Made by a program: the position numbers and the translations under genes. Positions 23,501 through 36,377 of a stretch of DNA of 64,000 nucleotides are shown piece by piece. Source of the stretch: Yuukianura sp. NJ FZ-2021 (lineage: Eukaryota). The notes under the pieces are model-generated. The model did no database searches. It was given only the letters and a program-made list of their open reading frames with translations, and had not been told where the DNA came from. The first letter of the stretch is position 1; the number at the start of each line of letters is the position of its first letter. The stretch covers positions 15,128,001 to 15,192,000 of the forward strand of contig CM102290.1 in assembly GCA_046563655.1 (NCBI GenBank), in the 5' to 3' direction.

Positions 23501-26500
23501 CTTTTAATTTCATATGAAATCATAAGATTCTTTTAACAGATTGCTTTTATTTTTGCTTTTGTTAGGAAACTTTGCCTGGGAAAACCGAGTATAAATTACC
23601 ATGTCCATAATAGTTTAGTTTTTGTTTTGTAGTTTTACAAAGTGTTTGTTATGTTTATTAATTGAGTTGATTGTTTCCAGGGAACTACGCTTTTGACCGC
23701 GGTGGGAGATACGGAGAGAGGTTTTACTGCACGCCTCACTTCCAGTACATCACGCACTTTGGATGGAAGAAATATGACGAACTGAGGAAGGGACTGGAGG
23801 AGGGTGGGGCAGAGCCACCGCGTGGGGCCAGAGCACAAGAAGAGGTTCGTTCAAGCAGAGTGTGGACAGAAGAACAGTCTCCGTATGCCCCCATTCCTCT
23901 CACGCACCTTCTCGCTTTTATCATTCTGTCGCTTCTCCTCCTCTCACTCTTCTCAGACCCAGACACTTCTCCTCTCTGGAGTTTTAGACTATGATGGGGC
24001 AATTAACCCTTGGAATTATGCTGGGTTAATTAACCCATTGAATTATTTATGGGTCAACTAATCCTCTTGCTTGTTTCCTAGACCAAGACCACATGCATGT
24101 TGTTTGTGGGACTCCTGCTCAATTGTCTAGCACTAACCACTGCTCACTGCTTCCACAAACTGGCCTTGTCTTAATGTAGTCCACTTATGATTGTGAGTCT
24201 ACCGTCCTCCTTGTGACCTGTGTCCATACCATCATCCTTGGACCTGATCTTCCTCTTAACACTGGATTATGAACCTACAATGGAAACAGCTAAAGAATGG
24301 ACTATTAAACACTTTCACTCCTTCTCTTTCGTTTCTACTTTCATTTATTTATGCAGGGCTTGGGCATCTCCCACACTTCGCTTGCTTAGCACTTTAGCAA
24401 ACTATCATTTTAGCACAAATTTCCACTGGGACTAGATGTAGAGTAGGCACTTTAGCTAAGCATGACTCCCTTCTGCTCTTCTCTTCATCTTTCCTCTCTT
24501 TTGTCTCAAAGGCATAGTTACAACTCCTTGACCTTCCCCTGGACAGACTCTTGTCATTTGAGGTCACATTGTCATTTGAATGATTGTTAGTTGGTGGAAA
24601 TGGAGGAGAGAGGCACGACGCCTGAGCGAGCTGAGTTTGAGAATTCAGTGGACTTGGCAAGTGAGGAGGAAGTGCTCAGTGAAATGGACGAAGATGAGTG
24701 GACTGACAGGAACTTCGGACCATCCCAGGCAGACAACAACACTTCAGACGAAGCATCAGAACTCAGGTTCACTTTTACTTCAATTTCAAATCCAAGGGTC
24801 AAAGGTCAGTTCCAATGTAGAGTGTGTTTACAGTGAGGACGAGGATCAAGTCACCCCTGAGGGAGTCAAGGTCAACGACCAACCAAATCCACAAGTACAC
24901 ATCAACGGTATTCAAAAACACTTTTATGTTTATTCGATTCAATGTTTGTTTTTAATTTTTTTGTAAACTGAAAAAATTTCCTCAAAATTGAAATTTTTAA
25001 ATTGTTGTTTAGATGATGGAAAGTGGGACGAGGACTCTGATTCGGATACGGAAGTGGCTTCGGGGGAAGGTGAGACTTCATCTGAAGCTCCCTCTGACGA
25101 AGATGCTGAAGATGAGGAAGATGAAGAGGAGGAGTGTGGTGGGTCCACGACAGAAATTGAAACTGACTCTGAGTTTGCCGAAGACCCACCGCAGACTGTT
25201 CCCGGCCGAGTTCCCACCATTGTAGTGGAAGAGCCAGAGCCCCTCATGACGCGATTTCTAGAAGTGAATTCTGCCAAAGGGAGTCCCCTTCATCGCCCTG
25301 TCCGTCCCTCCAAGGACCCCCCTCGTCCAGAGGACCCTCCAGTGTATGAGGACTTGATTTTGGTGGAACCCCTGCCCAAGGTCCTTCCTTGCTGGGAAAA
25401 GAGAGCTCTGCCACGAGTGTATGCCATCCCTAAGAAATGGGAACCTCTCCCTCACCACAACCCTCCTCTGGCCACGAAGAAATCCATGGAGCTCAAAGCA
25501 CTGTACTGTCAAGCACAGCCAATCCCAGTCACTGCACAACCACCAAAGAAACCAGTAGACACGGCCACTCAACATCAGTTCTCCAGTGTACTGGACATGA
25601 TCTCTGAGCAACAGAAGAGACTCCAACCTGCACCCAAACCATCCCCTGCTATGCAAGGTACACAACACTCTCAATTTATAGGAAAATATATATTATAAAT
25701 AATTTTATATCAAATAAAAAAGGGTGTGGCACTTAAAATCAGAAGCCTCAAATTCCCAAAATATTCATTTTTAAAAACTCCATCAGACCTTCTAACTTTC
25801 TACAGAAGGACTTTTGGAAAAAGTCAGGATTAGGCTACCAAATTCACTAAAGTGCATTTTCCTTTTTTATGGAAATTTAAAAATTACAAAATATTGATTT
25901 TTCGAAACTCCATCAGACCTTCTAACTTTCTACAGAGGACTTTTGGAAAAAGTCAGGATTAGGCTACCAAATTCACTAAAGTGCATTTTCCTTATTTATC
26001 GAAATTTACAATCCAAAATATTCATTTTTAAAAACTCCATCAGACCTTCTAACTTTCTACAGAAGGACTTTTGGAAAAAGTCAGGATTAGGCTACCAAAT
26101 TCACTAAAGTGCATTTTCCTTATTTGTCGAAATTTACAAAATTTCAAAATATTCATTTTTAAAAACTCCATCAGACCTTCTAACTTTCTACAGAAGGACT
26201 TTTGGAAAAAGTCAGGATTAGGCTACCAAATTCACTAAAGTGCATTTTCCTTATTTGTCGAAATTTACAAAATTCCAAAATATTCATTTTTAAAAACTCC
26301 ATCAGACCTTCTAACTTTCTACAGAAGGACTTTTGGAAAAAGTGAGGATTAGGCTAAAATATTCACTAAAGTGTTTATTTGCTATAGTTTCCCCCCATAA
26401 TTCCTTAAATAAACAAAGAGATTATTTTTCCATCGTCTACTTTTACGTGGCACACCCTGTATTATTCTAAATAGTTTACTATTATATATAAGTGATTTAT

Positions 26501-29343
26501 AATTGATTTGGATTGAGTTAAAGTTGTGTTTGTTTGTAGCTTTTCTGGAGGGGACAGACAAATTGAAGAATCAAATCTCCAGATTCCCCCTGCCGCCTAC
26601 TGCTGTGAGCCAAGTGACATTTGTACGGGCAGCACAACTCCCCCCGTGGAATGGCAAGGACTTTCTGAGGGACAGTGTCAAAGAGGATAAGGACAAGGAC
26701 AGTCTGAGTCCTGGACGGGAGAAGGGAGATGAGGAGAAGGACGTTTCTCCCTCTGCCCCACCCACCACAATGCAAGGAAGTTGGGAAAGTGAAGGGCCCT
26801 TCCCACCCTCCGACTCCACCACACATACAATGGATACCACCATCGTCCCTCAAGGAATCAAGGTCACTCTACAACTCTCACTTTCCCCCAAAAACTAACA
26901 ACTTTGTGTCACTTTACATTTCAATTGTTTCATATCGCCCCATTTCTCATTCCATTTGCTAAAAGGCTGAGAAGTGGGGCGTCGTGAGATTATAATCTCA
27001 TAACCACACCATTTTGCATTACGGGATTTGGATTAGGTTGCACGGAATATGATTACATACAAACTACTCAATCTGTAATCGTAATCCAAATCCATTACCA
27101 TTTTTGGAGTCCTAGTCGTAATAGAATAGTGTACTTGATTACAGAATTGGAGGATGTAATCTAGTAATCATCGATTACAATTTGTGTGTGATCGAATAGA
27201 GCCACAAGTAATTACTTATTTTGAGATGTTCTCTTGACAGATAGGAACTAACTGCATTGTTTTGTGTTTGATTTTAGGAGGAAGTAGATGTGGATGATTG
27301 TTCGAGTGGGGAATTGACAGTGTCAGACTTGGAAGAAGACGTGGAAGTTGAAGGTCACAACGTTTTGCATGATGCCCCACCGCCTCGCTTGCAAGTGGAA
27401 GATGAGTTTGGAGTGAGTGTGGCCATGGACAAGGACTTCCGAGGCCTCACTTCCTCCGACTCCAAGGACTCTCTCAACTCCGCTCTCTTCCTCGAGAGTG
27501 AAATGTCAGGATGGACGGAGGGAGTGAAGGACAAAAGGGCCCCCCTCGTCCCTCCAGATGACACTTTGGGACTGGACTTTGAGGGACTGGACTTCATGGA
27601 TGTGGATGGCATGAGTAGTCCAGAAGAGGCCTTGCAGTCTCTGTCCAGGAGACAGGGTTACACACGCCTAAGGGACGAAGGGGTAAGTTGATACAATCAC
27701 AAACTGAACAGTGTCTCACTTTCCCCCTAAACCTCTACACTTTCCACCAAATGTCACTTTATTCCAACAATTATATTTACTGTCCCTCAAAAGCTAAAAG
27801 TGACCACCTGGAAATGAGGAATTATGGTGGCTAGCAAAAAAAAAGAGGTACACAAGAATAAATTTCACATTTTTCAAAAAAGTGGCTATCCTTCCCTAAA
27901 TTGTTCAGATTGTTTTCGTTTTCCGAAATCTTGAACTTTTTTCAAAATTTTCTACTTTTTTTCAAAATTTTGAAGAAAGTTCAAAATTTTGAAAAAAAGT
28001 TCTAGATTTTGAAAAAAAGTTCGAAATTTTGAAAAAAAAGTTCAAAATTTTGAAAAAAGTAGAAAATTTTGAAAAAAGTAGAAAATTTTGAAAAAAGTAG
28101 AAAATTTTGAAAAAAGTAGAAAATTTTGAAAAAAGTAGAAAATTTTGAAAAAAGTTCAAGATTTTGAAAAACGAAAACAATCTGAACAATTTAGGGAAGG
28201 ATAGCCACTTTTTTGAAAAACGGTGAATTTTATTTTTGTGTACCTCTTTTTTTTTGCTAGCCACCATAATTCCTCATTTCCAGGTGGTCACTTTTAGCTT
28301 TTGAGGGACAGTAAGTATGTAAAACATATTTATTTATTATATTTATATTTAAATATGTAAAACATATTTATGTATTATATTTAAAAATCTTATACTTGCA
28401 CTGATTCGAATGTTTTTGATCGTAGCTCCACAGTCCGAGTACAGAAGAAGAGGGTTCGAGCAGTGCCATAGAGGACAGTTCTCAGAGTAGAACGCCCACA
28501 CTCCCAGCATCTCCACAGCAACAGCACAACACTCTTCCCAAACACAAACCAAGTCCATTGCATATCCAGGAGGGACACAAGGACCTGTTCCCCATCTACC
28601 TCCCACCGCAAAGTCACAACGAGCCACCCAGTCCCACCTCACCCAAAGGGGCAACTACCTCACCCACCACTGCCAGGAAACTACAGGAACTGAGTCAAGA
28701 GAGAGCCAAGGAGAGGGACCTCATCCACCTCCTCGTCCTCGGCAGAATCAAAAACAATCGACGCACTTCTGCCCCCCAGTCACCCCCAAGTCACTCCTCT
28801 TCATCCTCCGACAGCAAATCCCCACTAAGGCTCCAATCCCTCAGTCCAGAAGCCACGGAGCCACTTTTGCCACCGTCTCTCTTCAAAGTCCCACTACCGC
28901 TGTCTTCACTCACCAATCCACCAACTCCTGTAACTTGTGCACAAAAGGAATTTACTCCCACGACTTCCTCCGAGGAAACGCCTGCTTTCTATGGCTCTCT
29001 GCCCAACATTTCTCTCTTTTCTGGAGGCGACAAGACTCCGACTGGCAGTCGAGTGACGAAAGTGAGCAGTTTCCTGAGTCCGAGTCCCCGGAAATGGGAT
29101 GATCACAAACATGTCCTGTCTGCTGCCAGGGAAAAAGCAAGAGAAGCTGCGCGTCAAAGGGCTCGTCTCAAAAGTGACGCAGAACTTGGTCTGAGTCCTA
29201 CAGACTCCTACGCAGGGATTAAGCACAAACTGCTCCAGAGGAAACTGAGTCAGCCTGAACCACAACCCAGGAATCCTAACTGTATGGGTGGGCAGGAGTA
29301 CAAGAGAGCATTTTCAATGGACTCTCCAAGGCCCCACCCCTGA
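17569..29343 (+). CDS. Mical: MICAL F-actin monooxygenase (FAD monooxygenase, CH, LIM, acidic/Pro-rich region), about 21 exons
   Basis: [87 protein letters not shown] exon at 20217; [65 protein letters not shown] at 29341-29343, AATAAA at 29461. Confidence 0.93.
22101..22584. mobile_element. MITE family A, copy 2 (hAT-like), in a MICAL intron
   Basis: Perfect 14-bp TIRs CAAAGGCCGGAAAA/TTTTCCGGCCTTTG; flanks CTGATCAA/CTGATCAC form a 7/8 match 8-bp TSD. Confidence 0.85.
23451..23593. mobile_element. About 143-bp mini inverted-repeat element in a MICAL intron
   Basis: tatgctcggttttcctatggaatgtttcct is the imperfect reverse complement of aggaaactttgcctgggaaaaccgagtata. Confidence 0.55.
25720..26459. 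mobile_element. Tc1/mariner-like MITE carrying five copies of a 130-bp tandem repeat
   Basis: Ends AGGGTGTGGCACTTAAAA and TTTTACGTGGCACACCCTG(TA) are imperfect TIRs; anchor CATCAG recurs at 25781, 25911, 26038, 26169 and 26300. Confidence 0.75.
27780..28311. mobile_element. Foldback MITE with about 190-bp near-perfect TIRs, TA TSD and a 19-20 bp tandem core
   Basis: TA-CTGTCCCTCAAAAGCTAAAAGTGACCACCTGG... mirrors ...CCAGGTGGTCACTTTTAGCTTTTGAGGGACAG-TA; core (AAAATTTTGAAAAAAGTAG)n. Confidence 0.9.
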
Positions 29344-29811
29344 TTCCAGGAGCCCTTAACCATCAATCTCTTTATTTTTAGCTCAACTGCTTCGCCCTTA
29401 CGCTGGAAACGAACTTCATATGGAACACTTGAGTTTTGGGGCTTTCAATTTCTAGAACAAAATAAAAACGAACGTTTGACTCGTTCCAGGTCCTCTCATT
29501 CTCCAGGACAAGTTGAATGGAAATGTTGACGTTCATGTCAACTGGACGCTTGATTTTTGTTACATTAGAGGAGATTAAGCTTAAAAGTAGGAATTATTGA
29601 TGATTAAGTTTAAAAGTAACAATTATTGGTAGGTTTTGATTTAGTATTTTGTATTTGTTGCCCGAGAGTGAGTGGGGGAGAGAAGGAAGTTTGAGAGTGG
29701 TCTCTCCACCGACCACTTTGTTTACGTCCCTCTGCACTCAGCAGTTGGTTCCCAAAGTGTCATTGACTCCAATTAGTAATTGGTTGATGCAGAGGTCAGG
29801 GGTACTTTGAA

Positions 29812-31482
29812 ATGGCAACGTTCAGTGAGGGGGCCTTCAAGAAAAAGTGCGAGGAGCTGAACCAGACACAGCAGTCCATTCAAGGCATGTCCAACTGGCT
29901 CATCCACCATCGCAAGCATGCAGACACAATCACCAAAGTCTGGTACCAAGAGTTCATCAAAGGTCAGTCCACAGTCCTCTTTTTAACAAAATACTTCATG
30001 TTAATTGACTAGTTAATTGACTGTTTCCTCTTTTTAACAACATTATTGTCATTAATTTTAACCTTAAATTTAATTTTAATTTTAAACTCGCCTGATGAAG
30101 TGACTGAGGTGTAATTGCCTGTTTATACAGGGTACTTTCAGAATAAATAAACAAACAAACAAACAAACTAATTGATTGGTATTTGTAGCCAAGGACAATC
30201 GGAAACTGACGTTCATCTACTTGGCTAACGACGTTGCTCAGAACAGTCGGAAGAAGGAGCCGCATTTGGGGAAGGCCTTCATCCCCACTCTGCACAAAGT
30301 GTTTGAGGACATGGGGCAAGTGAAGGAGGACAAGACGAAAGACAGCATTCTGAGAATCCTCAACATTTGGAAGGACCGTGGGACCTTTGACCCCGCCCTC
30401 ATCGACAACTTCCAGTCCACGTACCTAAGGGCCTTCGAAGCCAAACCTCACAACGAGGAGGAAGAAGTGGACGATTTGATCAAGGGCATCACCACTCCGC
30501 CTAATCCAGCACAAGTTCCTCCAGGGAGTGAAGAATCCACCGAAAAGCCACTACCACCACCAATGAAACCAGTCAACGACAAGAAAGGAACCACTGACAA
30601 GGCTGAATCTGCACATCGCAAACGAACATCTCGGAAATCCAGCAGTGAAACTACGACCGATGCACCTGGCATGCAACGGGTAAGAACAAACACTACTTTT
30701 ACTCAACTAAGTACTAAAAGTATTCATATGAACTTTGTCACTTGTCAACTCTCACGTCTGGAACTGGATAATCCTCCCAATTCAGACAAAATTTTTTATG
30801 AATTTCAGGTCAAGTTATCTCCTCCGCTTTCTAATGAGCCAGCAGAAGAGGAGGAGTTGCTTCGTCTGTTCAAGGTAACTGGGCAACTTACTTACCATTG
30901 ACCTTTTCATGTTTAACTTTGTGTAAATTGTACTAAAAGACGAATTGATGTTGTTTGTAGATGATGTGGAACATGCCGAGCACTGATGCTGCGACAAGGG
31001 AGAAGATTGCTTGTTTGCCTGAAGAGCTGGCTGATCCTTCTGGTGTTGAGGGAATCTGCATTGACTCTGATGCTTGTCGTCAATTTGCGTCCAAGGTGGG
31101 ACCAGCCAAAGCCTTCCTCGAGGAATACAATGACAAACTACACCAAGAACTCCTTGATCGCAAAACATTCACCTCTAAACTACAGAATTTCCACACTTCT
31201 CAGAAGGATCTCCTCGCCCAAGCGGAGCATCGTCTCCATGTAACACAAAAACTTCTTTTTAGTCTTAATTTAGTACTACTTTTTAGTGGTTTAGTTGTTT
31301 TTAGTACTTTTTATTACAAAGTATACTGTGTGCAGGAACATCGTCGCCATGAAGCGTTGCTGCGGAAGAGACTGGAGGAACTGAAGGCGCATGTGCAGAA
31401 CATGCCTGACATTAAGAAGGCGACGGAAGAAGGGGGGCTGAAGCCACTCCCGTCGGCGGGGGAACTGTTTCTGCACAAGTAG
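29812..31482 (+). CDS. RPRD1B: Regulation of nuclear pre-mRNA domain-containing protein 1 (RPRD1A/B-like; CID plus coiled coil), 5 exons
   Basis: MATFSEGAFKKKCEELNQTQQSIQGMSNWLIHHRKHA, KLTFIYLANDVAQNSRKK, RILNIWKDR, DAATREKIACLPEE, C-terminal KPLPSAGELF. Confidence 0.92.
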
Positions 31483-31676
31483 GCCCCACCTTAACTTATT
31501 TCCATTTTCTACTCCCCTTTCTACAGCATGTCTCCCCCACCTGAGTCACTTGAACTCTGGAGTAAAGTCAGAAGTTCATATCCTGTCCATTTTACGATAA
31601 CCTTACTTTTATTTTAATTCACATTCATTGTTATTAATTAAAATTAACTTTTCAAGTGAGAAATTAGAAAGTGGTG

Positions 31677-34277
31677 TTACAAGGCATCCTGTTCCGACAG
31701 AGTTTTCGTTATAAAGTCCGCATATCTTCCGAGTCTTGTAAAAACTGAAAAGGCTTCTGGGTTGCACTGTCCGTTGCTGTGAGCTATTCCTACAGACTGG
31801 AAACATTTGAAATTGTAACCATGGAAACAATATCACTCACTTTAGAGTGTTGTGAATTTTTTATTTGGTTTTACGACTAGTCCTTGGAGGTACCATCTCG
31901 TATTGTCCGTGTCCTGCGTCGGAAAGTACATTCCAGACCCTGGTAACCAAACCTCATGCAATATTTGCCAGTATTTCCCCAAATTTCCCAGTATTTGTTC
32001 AAATACCACTGTCCCCGTTGCAAACGTTGGTTCCGTTGGCATAGCCTGCGCAGAATGTGGTTGATCTGGCGTTGAGTTGCGTAATGGACGAACCCAGCAT
32101 ACTCTTGGCGCATTCTCTGGGTCCAACGACACGCAGTTTGGCCATCCTCAGCTCATCTGCCAACTTGTGGTTCTCGTCATATCTAAGGTCAAGGTCAGTC
32201 TCTATATTTTCCGCTTTTCGTTGCATTAGTCAGTATTTGACTCACCCCCAGCCGACGACTGTTCCAGTGGAGTTGTGGGACAGTTGCAAGTCCTCCAGCG
32301 CAGAATCCGAAGTGGTCAGGAAACAAATGGGCCGAACAAAGTGTCCTGCAACCATTTAACAAGGTTTTTAACCAGTTTTTCCAAAAAAAAAAATTGGCAC
32401 TACAGAGGTCGTTGGGAAGTGGAGCTAATTGATTGGTTAGTTTTAATTGTGAGCATTTTTACCAATTGTGACGTCACTCTTGAGAATGATGATGGCTACA
32501 TCTGAATCGTAGTTGTAGGCATTGTAATTAGGATGCACAACTATGCTTGCAATGTGCTTGATCTATTCAACAAAAGTTCGTTTGAGTAACAGTTCATTTT
32601 AGGAAAAGTGTATTGAGTTGTGACCTGAACGTGTTCGTCCTTGACCTCTCTCCTGTATTTGCCCAGATGAACTTGAATGTCTTGCGTGTTGACGAGTTGA
32701 GTGGTTTGGAGGAGAGTGACACAGTGACCTTGAAGGGACATTCTGTTACATGGAATTTAGACGGATAAAGTGAAGGGCCTACCTGCAGTGAGGAGTGCCT
32801 TCTTAGTGATGAGTGTCGCTCCGCAAATGTACTCCCACGTCTCTCTGTCACTCGACCGATTCCGGAACAGTGCCTGCATTTCAAAGTTAGGAGTTAGGTT
32901 TTAAATTTATATTGAGCAATATAAATAAAATAATGAATGAATAATAATAAATAGAGTGCTTACTGCATGCCAAGGCCATTGTCCTTGGACAGTTGGGAGA
33001 GAGTGAGTGATGAAAGCCACTTTGACGGCGTTGTCTCTGCCGCAAGCCACGACACAGCTAAAGTCCGATGAGCCTGACCAAGTCCCATCTGATTTGCACT
33101 TTCTGTAGATCGTGGGCAGAGCTGACGTTGTTTCGTAATACTTTCCACAGGAGTAGCGAGCTTCTGTCCCAATCGGCACTTGAGTTTCGCAGTTATTTGT
33201 TCCCACGGTGGGTCCACTCCAGGCACAACTCAAACTTACTCCAGATCCACCCTTCAGCGGTCCACACATGTTCTGTGTTCTACTTGGTTCGTTGTCGCCT
33301 GGAGTCCATTTCGGAGTGGTCGTTTCCATCAGAGGCAGTGTCGGAGTTTCGGTTTTTGGAACGGTACAAACGATTTTGCGGATCTTGCCTTCCCAGTTGC
33401 CATCTCGGCAGATGAGCTCATTGGGATCTGTCTGGTATGAAGTAGCTGGAGGGCGACATGTCACTTCAATCCGTGTTCCAGAGGGCACTCCGTCACTTAA
33501 TTCCTTCATGCAGTTATCATTAGACGCTGTCTGGGGGTGACTAGTCGGAAGGTGACATTTGATGAGGAAATGCGACAAGTGATCCACTTTGACCTGCGGA
33601 CAGTGTTTTGGCAAGGGAGGAGTGAATTCTGGCTCTGGAGTGGTGGATCCCTTGACCTGGGTCAGAAGATCAAACAGTTCGTCACAATTTGACACTAATT
33701 GCGGTTTCCAGCACCCGTCGTCCTGGCAACGCGAAGTGAGTCGTAAAAGTCTTCGTCCTCTGACACAAGATACGACGACGCTCTTCCCTTTCGGAATCCT
33801 AAACGTCAATTTTCCAAAAGTGAACTTTTTTGTATTTCGAAATTGAGCTTAAATGAAATAAGTATTGAAGTGTAAGAATTGCGATCTGTTCTTACATGAG
33901 ATTAGTGTTTTTGCAGTAAGTTCCATCTTGGCGACCATCCTTCTTGCAACCTTCCAATTCCACTTGTGCTGAATCTGTGATTTGTGGACGTGGACAGCCT
34001 TGCCCCGCAACGTTGGTTCTGTCGTTGTTGTAGCCATACCAAGGTTGTTGCGCGTAGGTTGGCTGCTGAATGTTGTAGTTTGGATAGTTATGACGATTAG
34101 TGTGACCTCCTCCATAGTTTCTGTGACCTCCGTAGCCTTGATGACCTCGATTAGCCCAAACTACAACACAAAGACAATTGGAGATTAGGAGAGTGATGAC
34201 ATTTGTATGGAAGATCAATTACCGATTGTGTGGAGCAGGAGTAGAAGGGCGACCGAGGAGCACAGACGATGCTTCAT
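31677..34277 (-). CDS. Secreted multidomain S1A serine protease: Gly/Tyr/His/Asn-rich N-terminus, three sushi/CCP-like modules, protease domain (ModSP/HP14-like)
   Basis: Signal MKHRLCSSVALLLLLHTIVWA; three C...C...W...C modules; CG...F|ITHSLPTVQGQWPWHAAL; CGATLI...TAGHC, YDSDVA, VRPIC, VVGWG, TFCAG, VCNGDSGSG, WYLQGLVSVG, VFTRL. Catalytic triad intact; TAA at 31679-31677. Confidence 0.88.
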
Positions 34278-34604
34278 CCTGCTTTCCTAATGTCCAACGA
34301 TCTAAATGGCGGCAATTCTCAAGTACGCCGGCAAAAAGTTTAGACTTTGTTTAGAATTCTTCTTAAAATTGAGGATTGATTAATTATTTGGGAAAACGTA
34401 TTCTCTTACTCAGACTTTGAATGAATACATGAAACTGCAAAGGCAAAAGGCTTTTCCAATGGAGGGTTTCCTATTTCCATTTTTAACATATCCTTCCTAC
34501 TCACAACTTTTTTTAAGAAAAGATTTAGAATTTTGTTTTCTACCTAACCCCTCTCTGTATCTCATTGTTCAAATGGCTTACAATCAACCTGTCAATGCAT
34601 TATA

Positions 34605-34920
34605 GAAAATCCTAGCGTCGGATTCCCAATGCAGAAAATTCTAACGTTCAATTCCTCATGATAAAAATCCTGACGAGAAATAATAATGGGGGGGAGGAAG
34701 TTTTGCTGATTAATGCTAGGAATTTTTCCACATTAGGAATTACTAAAATACGGGCTATACCGAATACAGAAACTCCTGACGCTTAATTCCAAATGCAGAA
34801 AATTCTAACTAATAATTCCTATGCAGAAACTTCTGACGTTCAATTCCTGATGCAGAAAATCCTGACGTTCAATTAATATAATTCAGAAAATCCTGACGTT
34901 CAATTCCTAATCCAGAAAAT
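34605..34920. repeat. Degenerate 27-30 bp tandem repeat (GAAAATCCTGACGTTCAATTCCTAATGCA-like)
   Basis: Motif recurs about 7-8 times with interruptions. Confidence 0.7.
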
Positions 34921-34925
34921 CGGCT

Positions 34926-36375
34926 AATTTGTAGATTTTAGAAGAAAAGTATTACCTATTTTAGACTTTAACAGAGAATAAACTTTTTAAAAAATTTGTA
35001 TCTGAATGTGAATTTACACCTTAACAGAGAATAATACACTTTTTAAAAAATTTGTCTCTGAATGTCAAAATACACCTTAAAGGAAGGGGGCCTCGGTAAT
35101 TTGTAGATTTTAGAAGAAAAATATTACCTATTTTATACTTTAGCAGAGAATAATCAACTTTTTAAAAAATTTGTCTCTCAATGTCAAAATACACCTTAAA
35201 GGAAGGGGGCCTCGGTAAATTGTAGATTTTAGAAGAAAAATATTGCCTATTTTATACTTTAACAGAGAATAAACTTTTTAAAAAATTTGTCTCTGAATGC
35301 GAATTTATGCCTTAACAGAGAATAATAAATTTTTTAAAAAATTTGTCTCTGAATGCGAATTTATGCCTTAACAGAGAATAATAAATTTTTAAAGAAAATT
35401 GTCTCTGAATGCGAATTTATGCCTTAACAGAGAATAATAAATTTTTAAAAAAATTTGTCTCTGAATGCGAATTTATGCCTTAACAGAGAATAATAATTTT
35501 TTTAAAAAATTTGTCTCTGAATGCGAATTTATGCCTTAACAGAGAATAATAAATTATTTAAAAAATTTGTCTCTGAATGCGAATTTATGCCTTAACAGAG
35601 AATAATAAATTATTTAAAAAATTTGTCTCTGAATGCGAATTTATGCCTTAACAGAGAATAATAAATTTTTTAAAAAATTTGTCTCTGAATGCGAATTTAT
35701 GCCTTAACAGAGAATAATAAATTTTTTAAAAAATTTGTCTCTGAATGCGAATTTATGCCTTAACAGAGAATAATAAATTTTTTAAAAAATTTGTCTCTGA
35801 ATGCGAATTTATGCCTTAACAGAGAATAATAAATTATTTAAAAAATTTGTCTCTGAATGCGAATTTATGCCTTAACAGAGAATAATAAATTATTTAAAAA
35901 ATTTGTCTCTGAATGCGAATTTATGCCTTAACAGAGAATAATAAATTATTTAAAAAATTTGTCTCTGAATGCGAATTTATGCCTTAACAGAGAATAATAA
36001 ATTATTTAAAAAATTTGTCTCTGAATGCGAATTTATGCCTTAACAGAGAATAATAAATTATTTAAAAAATTTGTCTCTGAATGCGAATTTATGCCTTAAC
36101 AGAGAATAATAAATTATTTAAAAAATTTGTCTCTGAATGCGAATTTATGCCTTAACAGAGAATAATAAATTATTTAAAAAATTTGTCTCTGAATGCGAAT
36201 TTATGCCTTAACAGAGAATAATAAATTATTTAAAAAATTTGTCTCTGAATGCGAATTTATGCCTTAACAGAGAATAATAAATTTTTTAAAAAATTTCTCT
36301 CTGAAAGTGAATTGACACCTTAACAAAGAATAAATTTTTTTAAAAATTTATCTCTGAATGTAAACTTATACCTTT
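34926..36375. repeat. 56-bp satellite (about 20 copies) preceded by longer ~118-bp units containing the same monomer
   Basis: Unit AACAGAGAATAATAAATT(A/T)TTTAAAAAATTTGTCTCTGAATGCGAATTTATGCCTT; period 56 (e.g. 35821 to 35877). Confidence 0.95.
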
Positions 36376-36377
36376 AA

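Noticed and set aside
27962..28267. 101-aa F/K-rich ORF
   Set aside because: It is the translation of the foldback element's arm and its 19-bp core repeats.
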